This document shows positions 10,235-18,795 of a stretch of DNA of 64,000 nucleotides, in pieces. Source of the DNA: an uncultured Alphaproteobacteria bacterium (GTDB taxonomy: Bacteria; Pseudomonadota; Alphaproteobacteria; RF32; CAG-239); assembly GCA_934276635.1 (NCBI GenBank), contig CAKQTH010000001.1, positions 72,098-136,097 of the forward strand, read 5' to 3'. The position numbers were made by a program, and so were the translations under genes. The number at the start of each line of letters is the position of its first letter. Position 1 is the first letter of the stretch. The notes below the pieces were generated by a model. The model was given only the letters and a program-made list of their open reading frames with translations. It had not been told where the DNA came from and did not search any database.

Positions 10235-10684
10235 ATGAAATATGAAACAGACGGCATTCACGGAAAGTTGGTTGACGGAGTGTTTGTTTTTCCGGTCAGA
10301 GTATATTATGAAGATACGGACGCCGGCGGAATTGTTTATTATGCAAATTATCTGAAATTTGCCGAAAGAGCGCGTACAGAGTTTATCCGCTTTTTGGGGC
10401 AAAATCAGGTTGAACAGCTTGAGGCAGAAGACAAGTTCGGCTTTGTGGTCAGACATTGCGAAGTTGATTATAAAAAATCGGCAATGCTTGACGATTTGCT
10501 GTCCGTCACCTGTGAAGTCGTGCAAATCAAAGGTGCTGCGGCGGACATTTGCCAGCACATATACCGCAATGATGAAGAGTTGGCAGAAGTCAAAGTTATG
10601 GCCGCATATGTAAATATCAACAAGCGGAAGCCTTGCAGAATTCCGGTTTGTCTGGCTTCAAAAATTTGTAAAACAGGAGAATAA
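10235..10684 (+). CDS. ybgC: Tol-Pal-associated acyl-CoA thioesterase YbgC (4HBT hotdog fold)
   Basis: VRVYYEDTDAGGIVYYANYLKFAERART motif; conserved position after ruvB in Alphaproteobacteria. Confidence 0.8.
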   Translation: MKYETDGIHGKLVDGVFVFPVRVYYEDTDAGGIVYYANYLKFAERARTEFIRFLGQNQVEQLEAEDKFGFVVRHCEVDYKKSAMLDDLLSVTCEVVQIKGAAADICQHIYRNDEELAEVKVMAAYVNINKRKPCRIPVCLASKICKTGE

Positions 10685-10686
10685 TT

Positions 10687-11097
10687 ATGGATAAAAAACT
10701 TATAACTGTAACTGCTGGCATAATTCATTATAACGGCAAAATTTTGGTGGCTCAGCGCCGTCATGACAAATCCCTTGGCAATTTGTGGGAATTTCCGGGC
10801 GGTAAAATTGAGCCGGGAGAAACCTGCGAGCAAACGCTGGCCAGAGAAATCCGAGAAGAGTTTTCAATTGATATAAAAGTAGGAGAATATTTGTTTGAAC
10901 ATACATATGAATATCCTGACTTTACGCTGAAAATGTATGTTTATGCGGCAGATTGGGACGGTAACGGAAAAATTGAGATTTGCGACCATGAGCAATATAG
11001 GTTTGTGCATACAGATGAGATGGATTCGCTTGAATTTGCCGGTGCGGACTATCCGGTCATAAACTTTTTGAAACAACATCCGGCAGTTGCGGCATAG
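10687..11097 (+). CDS. NUDIX hydrolase (MutT/8-oxo-dGTP or CTP pyrophosphohydrolase-like)
   Basis: Nudix box GGKIEPGETCEQTLAREIREEFS. Confidence 0.75.
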   Translation: MDKKLITVTAGIIHYNGKILVAQRRHDKSLGNLWEFPGGKIEPGETCEQTLAREIREEFSIDIKVGEYLFEHTYEYPDFTLKMYVYAADWDGNGKIEICDHEQYRFVHTDEMDSLEFAGADYPVINFLKQHPAVAA

Positions 11098-11112
11098 CGT
11101 CAGGAAAATAAC

Positions 11113-11140
11113 AAAAAAACTCCGGAAACGGAGTTTTTTT
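11113..11140. terminator. bidirectional rho-independent terminator between the NUDIX gene (+) and tRNA-Arg (-)
   Basis: A7 - CTCCG gaaa CGGAG - T7 at 11113-11140. Confidence 0.65.
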
Positions 11141-11141
11141 A

Positions 11142-11218
11142 TGGCGTCAGCGGCGGGACTCGAACCCACTACCCACAGTTTAGGAAACTGTTGCTCTATC
11201 CTGATGAGCTACGCCGAC
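11142..11218 (-). tRNA. tRNA-Arg (anticodon CCU)
   Basis: 77-nt cloverleaf on the minus strand. Acceptor GUCGGCG/CGCUGAC, D-arm GCUC...GAGC, anticodon stem ACAGU/ACUGU with loop UUCCUAA, T-arm GUGGG-UUCGAGU-CCCGC, encoded 3' CCA. Confidence 0.85.
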
Positions 11219-11259
11219 GCTGCAATTTTTTACTACCTCTTAATTTTGCAAAAATCAAG

Positions 11260-12378
11260 TTATTTTTTGTTTTTTGCCGAAGCAAAGTGTTGCAAAAATT
11301 TTATCTGAATATCGGAGAGTTGTTCTACCGAACGCCAGACGACATATTCGTTTTTGGCGTGCATTCCCTCGCCGGTGCCCGAGTGCATAACCACAACCGC
11401 ACCTTTTTGCGCAAAGGCTCTGGAATCGGTTGCTCCGCCGATATGCTCAAATTCTATTTTCTGCTGCAGAATATTTTCCGCAATGCTCTTATATTGCAAA
11501 ATCATAGCGTCGTTTTCGTTCATAACGACCGGAACTCCTTGCGATATAATTTCAAATTCAACGCCGTCCGGCAGACATTTTCTGATGTTTTGCAAAAGAG
11601 TATCGACTTTTGAATTTTCGGTCAGGCGAAAGTCAAGCACGGCCTCGGCATAGTCCGAAATCACATTTGATGCGGTGCCGCCGGAAATTTGTGCAAAATG
11701 CAGAGTGTCCGTCCAGTCATCGCTCGGTTTGTTGCCCTCAAGCGAATAATAAGGATAAATTTTGCGCAGATTTTCCCAGGTTTGCATCAATTTTTCGTTG
11801 GCATCGATTCCTTCCCACGGAGTTGAGCCGTGCGCCTCTTTTCCATAGGCCTTGAGTTTGATAAACAGCGGGTTTTTGCATTTTGTGATAATTTTTGTTA
11901 TGTCTCCGCCGACATCGTTGTCAAGTACAACATTTGCGTTCAAATCAGAGAATTTTTCCAAAAATTTTTCAGTGCCTTTGCTACCGGTTTCTTCATCGGA
12001 AGAAAGAATTATGCCGAATTTCAGGTCAGGCAGGCAGTGCAGCACATAATCCATCGAACAAAGCGCCACCGCCGCGAAAGATTTCATATCAAGGGAGCCG
12101 CGGCCGAGCATTTTCCCTTCTTCAAAGCGGGGAGAAAACATTGCTTCATCGGCCGGAACAACATCAATATGCCCCAAAACAAGCGCATCAAGGTGCATAT
12201 CATCAGTGGTAGAAATATAAATTACCGGAGCGTTCGGTTCTTCGCGAAAAACTTTGACTTTTGCCGCAGTTCCAGCAAAGAGGCCGGTGATATATTCAAC
12301 GCAGTGGTCAATCTGTTCAATATTGCCGGTTTCGGTGCGAAACTTTATTAAATTTTGTGCAACTTCATATAAATCCAT
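11260..12378 (-). CDS. M20-family metallopeptidase (DapE/ArgE-like; likely succinyl-diaminopimelate desuccinylase)
   Basis: 372 aa; metal-binding HIDVVP motif (LGHIDVVPA), GRGSLDMK, dimerisation-domain-like C-terminus. Confidence 0.65.
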   Translation of the reverse strand: MDLYEVAQNLIKFRTETGNIEQIDHCVEYITGLFAGTAAKVKVFREEPNAPVIYISTTDDMHLDALVLGHIDVVPADEAMFSPRFEEGKMLGRGSLDMKSFAAVALCSMDYVLHCLPDLKFGIILSSDEETGSKGTEKFLEKFSDLNANVVLDNDVGGDITKIITKCKNPLFIKLKAYGKEAHGSTPWEGIDANEKLMQTWENLRKIYPYYSLEGNKPSDDWTDTLHFAQISGGTASNVISDYAEAVLDFRLTENSKVDTLLQNIRKCLPDGVEFEIISQGVPVVMNENDAMILQYKSIAENILQQKIEFEHIGGATDSRAFAQKGAVVVMHSGTGEGMHAKNEYVVWRSVEQLSDIQIKFLQHFASAKNKK

Positions 12379-12470
12379 AATTATTCTCCCTGCATTTTTA
12401 GCATTTATTTAACCATCTTCATTATATATAGTTTGATATCATATAAACTACAATAAAAAAAGGATTCTTT

Positions 12471-12980
12471 ATGACAAAGCGTGTATTTTTGTTGCTTTTG
12501 ACTTTGTTCTTTTGCTTGTCGGAAGCTGCTGCGGCGCCGAAAACCGATGCCGATTCTTTGCCGAGAATGGCCTCATTGCGTTCAAGTTTGGTAAATGCCC
12601 GTTCCGGCCCCGGCCGCAGATATCCGGTTGATTGGGTATATACGCAGCGCGGCGCTCCGGTTGAAATCATACAAGAATATGTGTATGAACAAGAGCTTTG
12701 GTATCAGATAAAAGATTGGGAAAATTCAACCGGTTGGGTTCATCATACAATGATTTCGAACAATCGTTTTGCCAAAGTGATTACTCAGGGCGAAAACAAT
12801 TTGTATGCGCGTCCGGATTATAAATCTAAGGTGATTGCCAGAGTGGAGTCCGATGTTGTCGGTGCCGTAAAAAAATGCCCGAAAAACGAAGAGTTTTGTC
12901 TCATCAAATTTTCGAGCATTGAAGGCTGGATGCCGAAAAAAGATATTTTCGGCGTTTATAAAGACGAGGTTATCGAATAA
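12471..12980 (+). CDS. secreted SH3-domain (SH3b-like) protein
   Basis: signal peptide MTKRVFLLLLTLFFCLSEAAAAP; two SH3-like segments (NARSGPGRRYPVDWVY..., LYARPDYKSKVIARV...). Confidence 0.55.
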   Translation: MTKRVFLLLLTLFFCLSEAAAAPKTDADSLPRMASLRSSLVNARSGPGRRYPVDWVYTQRGAPVEIIQEYVYEQELWYQIKDWENSTGWVHHTMISNNRFAKVITQGENNLYARPDYKSKVIARVESDVVGAVKKCPKNEEFCLIKFSSIEGWMPKKDIFGVYKDEVIE

Positions 12981-13943
12981 TTATCGAACCTCTTTGCGTG
13001 CAAGCGACGCGCCGATTCCGATAAATATAATCACAAATGTGATAACTAAAGACAACTCCGGTGCAATCTCAAGCCCGATATACGGCAGGAATATTTTGCT
13101 TCCGATAAACATCAGGATAACCGCAAGTGCCTGCTTTAAATATTTGAACTTGTGAACGGCTTCCGCCAGCAGGAAGTACAACGATCTCAAGCCTAAGATT
13201 GCGAAAATGTTGCTGGTGTATACCACAAACACATCTTGGGTAATCAAAAAGATTGCCGGAATGCTGTCAAGTGCAAAAATCACATCCATAATTTCGATGA
13301 TAATCAGGGCAAAAAACAGCGGTGTTATATAGTGTTTGCCATTTTCTTTTACAAAAAAGTGTTCATGGCGGAGTTCGGGCAGAACATTAAAATGGCTTTC
13401 GATAAATTTGAATATTTTGCCGTCCGACAGTTTCGGAGCGTCTTCTTCCTCTCCGTGTTCGCCGAGCATTTTGAAACCAGTGTAAAGCAAAAATACGGAG
13501 AACACATACAAAATCCAATGGAAGTTTTCAATTAAGGTTTCACCGAGGAAAATCATCAGCGCTCTGAGCACGATTGCGCCCATAATTCCCCAAAACAAAA
13601 CTCTGTGCTGATACAGCCTCGGAATGTGCAGGCTTGTAAAAATTAATGAAATAACAAACACATTGTCGATAGAAAGAGAAAATTCGACCAGATAGCCGGT
13701 ATAAAACAGCATACCGGTATCAACGCCTTTTTCATATATAACAAAAAGACCGAACAGGCACGCAATCAAAACATATGAAACGCATATTTTCAAAATGTTC
13801 TTGATGTTCGGTTCGCTGTCTTTGCGGTGAAAAACAAACAAATCCAAAAACAGCAGTGTGAACACAACGGTTCCGAATATAATCCACATCAGATATTGTG
13901 GAACAACAATGTGATGGGCGATAAGATTATTTATATATTCCAT
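12981..13943 (-). CDS. TerC-family integral membrane protein
   Basis: 320 aa polytopic; TerC signature-like LEFSLSIDNVFVISLIF and DSIPAIFLITQDVFVVYTSNIFAILGLRSLYF. Confidence 0.8.
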   Translation of the reverse strand: MEYINNLIAHHIVVPQYLMWIIFGTVVFTLLFLDLFVFHRKDSEPNIKNILKICVSYVLIACLFGLFVIYEKGVDTGMLFYTGYLVEFSLSIDNVFVISLIFTSLHIPRLYQHRVLFWGIMGAIVLRALMIFLGETLIENFHWILYVFSVFLLYTGFKMLGEHGEEEDAPKLSDGKIFKFIESHFNVLPELRHEHFFVKENGKHYITPLFFALIIIEIMDVIFALDSIPAIFLITQDVFVVYTSNIFAILGLRSLYFLLAEAVHKFKYLKQALAVILMFIGSKIFLPYIGLEIAPELSLVITFVIIFIGIGASLARKEVR

Positions 13944-14028
13944 TTTCTTTTTCCATAAAAGTTAAAATATGCAGAAATAATACATTTCCGATTGCGACTG
14001 TCAACCTTAAAAGCAAAATGATTGACAG

Positions 14029-14061
14029 CGAAAAAAAGAACCTCTTTCAAAAAGAGAGAGG
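14029..14061 (-). terminator. rho-independent terminator downstream of the DUF2934 gene
   Basis: CCTCTTTC aaaaa GAGAGAGG hairpin (one G-U) with a T-run on the minus strand (plus-strand A-run 14031-14038). Confidence 0.5.
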
Positions 14062-14099
14062 TCCTTTTAAGTAGCACTTACCCGATAACAAATCTTTTG

Positions 14100-14309
14100 T
14101 TATTTTGTGGTCTTTTTCGACGCCTTCTTTGGGGCTGCTTTTGTTGTTTTTTCACAAGAGGAAGATTTGCATTGGGTTTTAGCCTTAGGTGCGCTCAGCT
14201 GCTCAATTGCCATAGCCCAGAACTGTTCATCACGACCGGACGGACATCCTGCATTCTGCCAAATATAATAAGCGGCTTCGCGTATTGCATTTTCATTCAA
14301 ATTTGCCAT
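14100..14309 (-). CDS. small DUF2934-like protein
   Basis: 69 aa; N-terminal IREAAYYIWQNAGCPSGRDEQFWAMAIEQL matches the DUF2934 pattern; Lys-rich tail. Confidence 0.5.
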   Translation of the reverse strand: MANLNENAIREAAYYIWQNAGCPSGRDEQFWAMAIEQLSAPKAKTQCKSSSCEKTTKAAPKKASKKTTK

Positions 14310-14465
14310 AATCTAAAAACTCCAATAATATTTATTACGAATTTACAACGAAACACAGTATATACATTTTTTGCCAATTCGTCAATAGGGATAAAAATAA
14401 AAATTTGCGGTAAATTACTTGCAATTATAATCAAATTCTTATAAATATTATAAATGTGGTGAAAT

Positions 14466-16709
14466 ATGGCGTTTATGACGCATTTTAAGGATTATAAAAT
14501 TATGAAGAATATTCTTTCCGATGAAGAAATTAACGTACTCGTCAGTGCCTCGCACTCCAATGTTTTTTCGGTCTTGGGCCCTCATCGCGACAAAGGCTCC
14601 AAAGAGTTTTTCGTAAGGACATTTCAACCATTCAGTAAAAACGTCGAAATTGTTGATAAAAAAGGAAAAACAATCGCGCAGATGCAAAAAATTCATCGCG
14701 ATGGATTATATCAGGCAGATTTGGGCAAAGATTTTAATCCGGAAACATATCTTTTGAAAATTACATATGATACCGGCGCGGTCTGCACTAAAGAAGACAC
14801 CTATCGTTTTGCGCCGACGCTCGGAGATATCGACATATATCTTTTCTGCGAAGGGAATCACCACAATATGTATAAAAAACTCGGGGCGCATTTGTCCGAG
14901 CAAAATGGCGTTAAGGGGACATCGTTTGCGGTTTGGGCGCCGAACGCCAAAAGAGTTTCGGTCGTCGGCGATTTTAACTGCTGGGACGGCAGGGTTGATA
15001 TGATGCGCAAACATCCCTCCTGTGGAATGTGGGATATTTTTATTCCGAATATCGGTGCAGGTGAAAAATATAAGTTTGAAATCAAAACGCAAAACGACAA
15101 CATTTTGCTCAAATCAGACCCGTTTGCAACATATTGTGAAGTTCGTCCGCATACGGCGTCAATAGTTTTTGATTTGCAAAAATATCAGTGGCAGGACGGC
15201 GAATGGATGAGCTCGCGCAAAAACCGCCAGGGGCTGGACAAGCCGCTTTCCATATACGAAGTTCATGCCGGTTCGTGGCGCAGAAAAGGCGAAAACGGAA
15301 AAGAATTTTTAACCTATCGCGAGCTGGCAGATTATCTTGTGCCGTATGTCTGCAATATGGGCTTTACGCATGTGGAGTTTTTGCCGCTTTGCGAACACCC
15401 GTTTGACGGCAGTTGGGGATATCAGGTTACAGGAATGTTTGCTCCGACTTCTCGCTACGGCAATCCTGATGATTTTCGCTATATGATAGACAAGTTTCAC
15501 CAAAGCGGAATCGGTGTGATTATGGATTGGGTCCCAGCACATTTCCCGAAAGACGAAAACGGATTGAACGAATTTGACGGGACGCATCTTTATGAACACG
15601 CAGACCCGCGCAAAGGCGAGCACAAAGACTGGGGCACAAAAATTTATAATTACGGCCGCACAGAGGTTTGCAATATGCTTTGTTCAAGTGCGCTTTGCTG
15701 GCTCAAAGAATATCATATCGACGGGCTCAGAGTTGATGCGGTTGCCTCGATGCTCTATCTTGACTATTCGCGCAAAGCCGGAGAATGGGTTCCGAATCAG
15801 TTCGGCGGCAACGAAAATTTGGAAGCCATTGCCTTTTTGCGCAAGATGAATGAGCTGTGTTACAGCGAAAACGAGGGAATATTTACCTGTGCGGAAGAGT
15901 CCACCGCCTGGCCGATGGTTTCGCGTCCGACTTCAATGGGAGGGCTCGGTTTCGGCTATAAATGGAATATGGGCTGGATGAACGATACCTTGCGCTATAT
16001 CTCGCATGAGCCGGTGCACCGCAAATATCATCACGGATTGCTGACTTTCGGCCTTTTATATGCGTTTAATGAAAACTTTATTCTGCCGATTTCTCATGAC
16101 GAGGTTGTTCACGGCAAAGGTTCGATGCTTGGCAAAATGCCCGGCGACGAGTGGCAAAAATTTGCAAATCTGCGTGCATATTACGGATTTATGTTTACGC
16201 ACCCGGGGAAAAAGCTTTTGTTTATGGGTTGCGAATTCGGACAGGATTGGGAGTGGAACGACAAAGAGAGCCTGCGTTGGCATCTGTTGCAATATCCGAT
16301 GTACAAAGGTATGCAAAACTGCGTGCGCGATTTGAACTTTGTATATAAGACAAATCCGGCTCTTTATGAAGTTGATTTTGACTATCGCGGATTTGAGTGG
16401 ATTGAACATTCAAATTTTGAAGAAAGCATAATTTCATATATCAGAAAAGCTCAAGACCCGAGAGATTATGTTATCGTAATTTGCAACTTTACTCCGGTTG
16501 TACGCAAAAACTACCGCATCGGAGTGAACGAAAATTGTCCGCTGACAGAAATTTTTAATTCCGACAAAACGGATTATTGGGGCAGCGGAGTTGAAAACAA
16601 TCATCGTATAGAGGTGCAGAAATTCGGTTGGAATTATCGTCAATATTCTGTTGAAATTGATATTCCGCCGCTTTCGACCATCATATTAAAACCGGTGCGG
16701 GAGGGCTAG
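14466..16709 (+). CDS. glgB: 1,4-alpha-glucan branching enzyme GlgB (GH13)
   Basis: 747 aa; N-terminal VLGPH, CBM48 region, GH13 catalytic motifs (GIGVIMDWVPAHF, DGLRVDAVASM, EESTAWP, ISHDEVVHGK); alternative start ATG 14502. Confidence 0.9.
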   Translation: MAFMTHFKDYKIMKNILSDEEINVLVSASHSNVFSVLGPHRDKGSKEFFVRTFQPFSKNVEIVDKKGKTIAQMQKIHRDGLYQADLGKDFNPETYLLKITYDTGAVCTKEDTYRFAPTLGDIDIYLFCEGNHHNMYKKLGAHLSEQNGVKGTSFAVWAPNAKRVSVVGDFNCWDGRVDMMRKHPSCGMWDIFIPNIGAGEKYKFEIKTQNDNILLKSDPFATYCEVRPHTASIVFDLQKYQWQDGEWMSSRKNRQGLDKPLSIYEVHAGSWRRKGENGKEFLTYRELADYLVPYVCNMGFTHVEFLPLCEHPFDGSWGYQVTGMFAPTSRYGNPDDFRYMIDKFHQSGIGVIMDWVPAHFPKDENGLNEFDGTHLYEHADPRKGEHKDWGTKIYNYGRTEVCNMLCSSALCWLKEYHIDGLRVDAVASMLYLDYSRKAGEWVPNQFGGNENLEAIAFLRKMNELCYSENEGIFTCAEESTAWPMVSRPTSMGGLGFGYKWNMGWMNDTLRYISHEPVHRKYHHGLLTFGLLYAFNENFILPISHDEVVHGKGSMLGKMPGDEWQKFANLRAYYGFMFTHPGKKLLFMGCEFGQDWEWNDKESLRWHLLQYPMYKGMQNCVRDLNFVYKTNPALYEVDFDYRGFEWIEHSNFEESIISYIRKAQDPRDYVIVICNFTPVVRKNYRIGVNENCPLTEIFNSDKTDYWGSGVENNHRIEVQKFGWNYRQYSVEIDIPPLSTIILKPVREG

Positions 16710-16712
16710 CCG

Positions 16713-18785
16713 ATGCGCAAGACTTATGCCGGTGTCCCGTATCCTTTGGGAGCGACTTTTGACGGAGACGGCGTAAATTTTGCGCTGTTTTCGGCCAATG
16801 CCAAAAAAGTTGAGCTGTGTCTGTTCAGCCCAAACGGAGCGATAGAAACCGAACGATATGAGCTGACCGAACGCGATAATGATATCTGGCATATCTATGT
16901 TTCAGGCCTCAAAGCAGGGCAGGTATACGGATACCGCGTGTATGGCGAATATAAGCCGCAGGAAGGCAAAAGGTTTAATCATAACAAGCTGCTGTTTGAC
17001 CCGTACGGAAAAAAGCTTGTGGGCTGCCTGATTTTGAACAAGGCGATTTTCGGATATGATATAGACAGTCCGATGAAAGACCTGTCTTTTTCAAATTTGG
17101 ACAGTGCTCCGTATGTCCCGAAGTCGGTAGTTGTTGACAATCAATATGATTGGAAAGCAGATAAGCACCCGCAGACTCCTTTTGAAAAAAGCGTGATTTA
17201 TGAAACACATACCAAAGGATTTACATATCTGCACCCGAAAGTTAAGGAAAACGAAAGAGGAAAATTTGCGGCGCTGGCCTCAAAAAGCGTGCAGAATTAT
17301 TTAAAGTGGCTTGGAATTACTGCAGTCGAGCTGCTGCCGATACATGCTTTTTTTGCTGACAAGCATAATGTGAAAAATACCACAAAAAACTATTGGGGAT
17401 ATGAGAGCTTGTCATTTTTTGCGCCGGAGCCGAGCTATCTGAGCTGCGATGATATTGATGAATTTCGCGATATGGTGCGAATTATGCACAAGAACGGCAT
17501 TGAGGTTTTGCTTGATGTGGTGTTCAACCATACCGGCGAGGGCAACGAATTGGGACCGACATTGTGCTATCGCGGAATTGATAATGAATCATATTATACC
17601 CTGAATCGGGATAATCCGCGCTACTATTATGACAGCACCGGCTGCGGGGCGTCGTTTAATTTGCAAAATCCGGCCGTGATGACGCTTGTAATGGACAGTC
17701 TGCGCTATTGGGTGAACGAAATGCATGTTGATGGTTTTCGTTTTGATTTGGCTCCGACACTGGCGCGCAAAAATGAAGAATTTATGCAAGATGCGCCGTT
17801 TTTGTCGGCAATCAGACAAGATGATGTTCTGCGTCAGGTAAAATTGATTGCGGAGCCGTGGGATGTCGGCTACGGTGGATATCAACTCGGCGCGTTTCCT
17901 TCAAATTGGGCGGAGTGGAACGATCAATACCGCGATGCAGTGCGCAAGTTTTTTAAGGGCGATGAAAAAATGGCAGGCGTGTTTGCCAGCCGAATAAGCG
18001 GTTCCAGCGACATTTTTAATTATAATAACCGAAAAATTTGCAGCAGCATAAATTTTGTGACGGCGCACGACGGGTTTAATCTGGCCGATTTGGTCAGCTA
18101 TAACGGCAAACACAATTTTGCCAACGGAGAAGAAAACCGCGACGGAAACAGCAACAATTGTTCGTGGAACAGCGGGGCAGAGGGCGAAACATCGGACGAG
18201 ATGATTAACGAGCTGAGGCAAAAAAGAGCAAAAGCGCTGATTTCGGCTTTGATGCTTTCTTTCGGAACGCCGATGACGCTTGCCGGCGATGAGTTTTATC
18301 GTTCAATGTTCGGAAATAACAATCCATATTGTCAGGACAACATCTTAAATTGGATTGCATGGGACGCGATTGATATGAAGGGGCGCAATTTTGCCCGTTT
18401 TGTCCGTTCGCTTATAAACTTGCGTAAAAAGCTCAAAATTTTTGACCGAAAAGAGTTTTTCAGCGGCAAAATCGTTAAAGATACAAAGCGCAAAGACATT
18501 ATTTGGTACACGCGGGAAGGAACGGAATTTTCGCAAAAAGAATGGGCTGACCCTCGGATAAAAACGGTCTCATATTGTGTATATTCGGACATTCGCGCCG
18601 TGATATGCATTTTTAATGCTTCTGCTGATGACATCAGTTGGACGCTGCCGCAAATAAGCGGATACAGCAGGTGGAAGCTGCGCCTTGATTCTTCGGGTGT
18701 GTTTGATGAAGATCAAAAGCTTGCATCGGGTGCTTTGATAAAAGTTCCGGCCTGGAGCGTTTTGGCGATAGAAATAAAAAAATAG
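16713..18785 (+). CDS. glgX: glycogen debranching enzyme GlgX (GH13 isoamylase-type)
   Basis: 690 aa; MRKTYAGVPYPLGATFDGDGVNFALFS N-terminus, VEVLLDVVFNHT, DGFRFDLA, AEPWD, VTAHDGF motifs. Confidence 0.9.
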   Translation: MRKTYAGVPYPLGATFDGDGVNFALFSANAKKVELCLFSPNGAIETERYELTERDNDIWHIYVSGLKAGQVYGYRVYGEYKPQEGKRFNHNKLLFDPYGKKLVGCLILNKAIFGYDIDSPMKDLSFSNLDSAPYVPKSVVVDNQYDWKADKHPQTPFEKSVIYETHTKGFTYLHPKVKENERGKFAALASKSVQNYLKWLGITAVELLPIHAFFADKHNVKNTTKNYWGYESLSFFAPEPSYLSCDDIDEFRDMVRIMHKNGIEVLLDVVFNHTGEGNELGPTLCYRGIDNESYYTLNRDNPRYYYDSTGCGASFNLQNPAVMTLVMDSLRYWVNEMHVDGFRFDLAPTLARKNEEFMQDAPFLSAIRQDDVLRQVKLIAEPWDVGYGGYQLGAFPSNWAEWNDQYRDAVRKFFKGDEKMAGVFASRISGSSDIFNYNNRKICSSINFVTAHDGFNLADLVSYNGKHNFANGEENRDGNSNNCSWNSGAEGETSDEMINELRQKRAKALISALMLSFGTPMTLAGDEFYRSMFGNNNPYCQDNILNWIAWDAIDMKGRNFARFVRSLINLRKKLKIFDRKEFFSGKIVKDTKRKDIIWYTREGTEFSQKEWADPRIKTVSYCVYSDIRAVICIFNASADDISWTLPQISGYSRWKLRLDSSGVFDEDQKLASGALIKVPAWSVLAIEIKK

Positions 18786-18795
18786 GAGAAAATAG

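Noticed and set aside
11087-11308. 73-aa ORF overlapping the tRNA-Arg locus
   Set aside because: It is the reverse-strand read-through of a tRNA gene and its terminator. Not coding.
14405-14431. Candidate glgB promoter (TTGCGG-15 nt-TATAAT)
   Set aside because: The spacer is only 15 nt and there are alternative overlapping hexamers. Too ambiguous to report as a feature.
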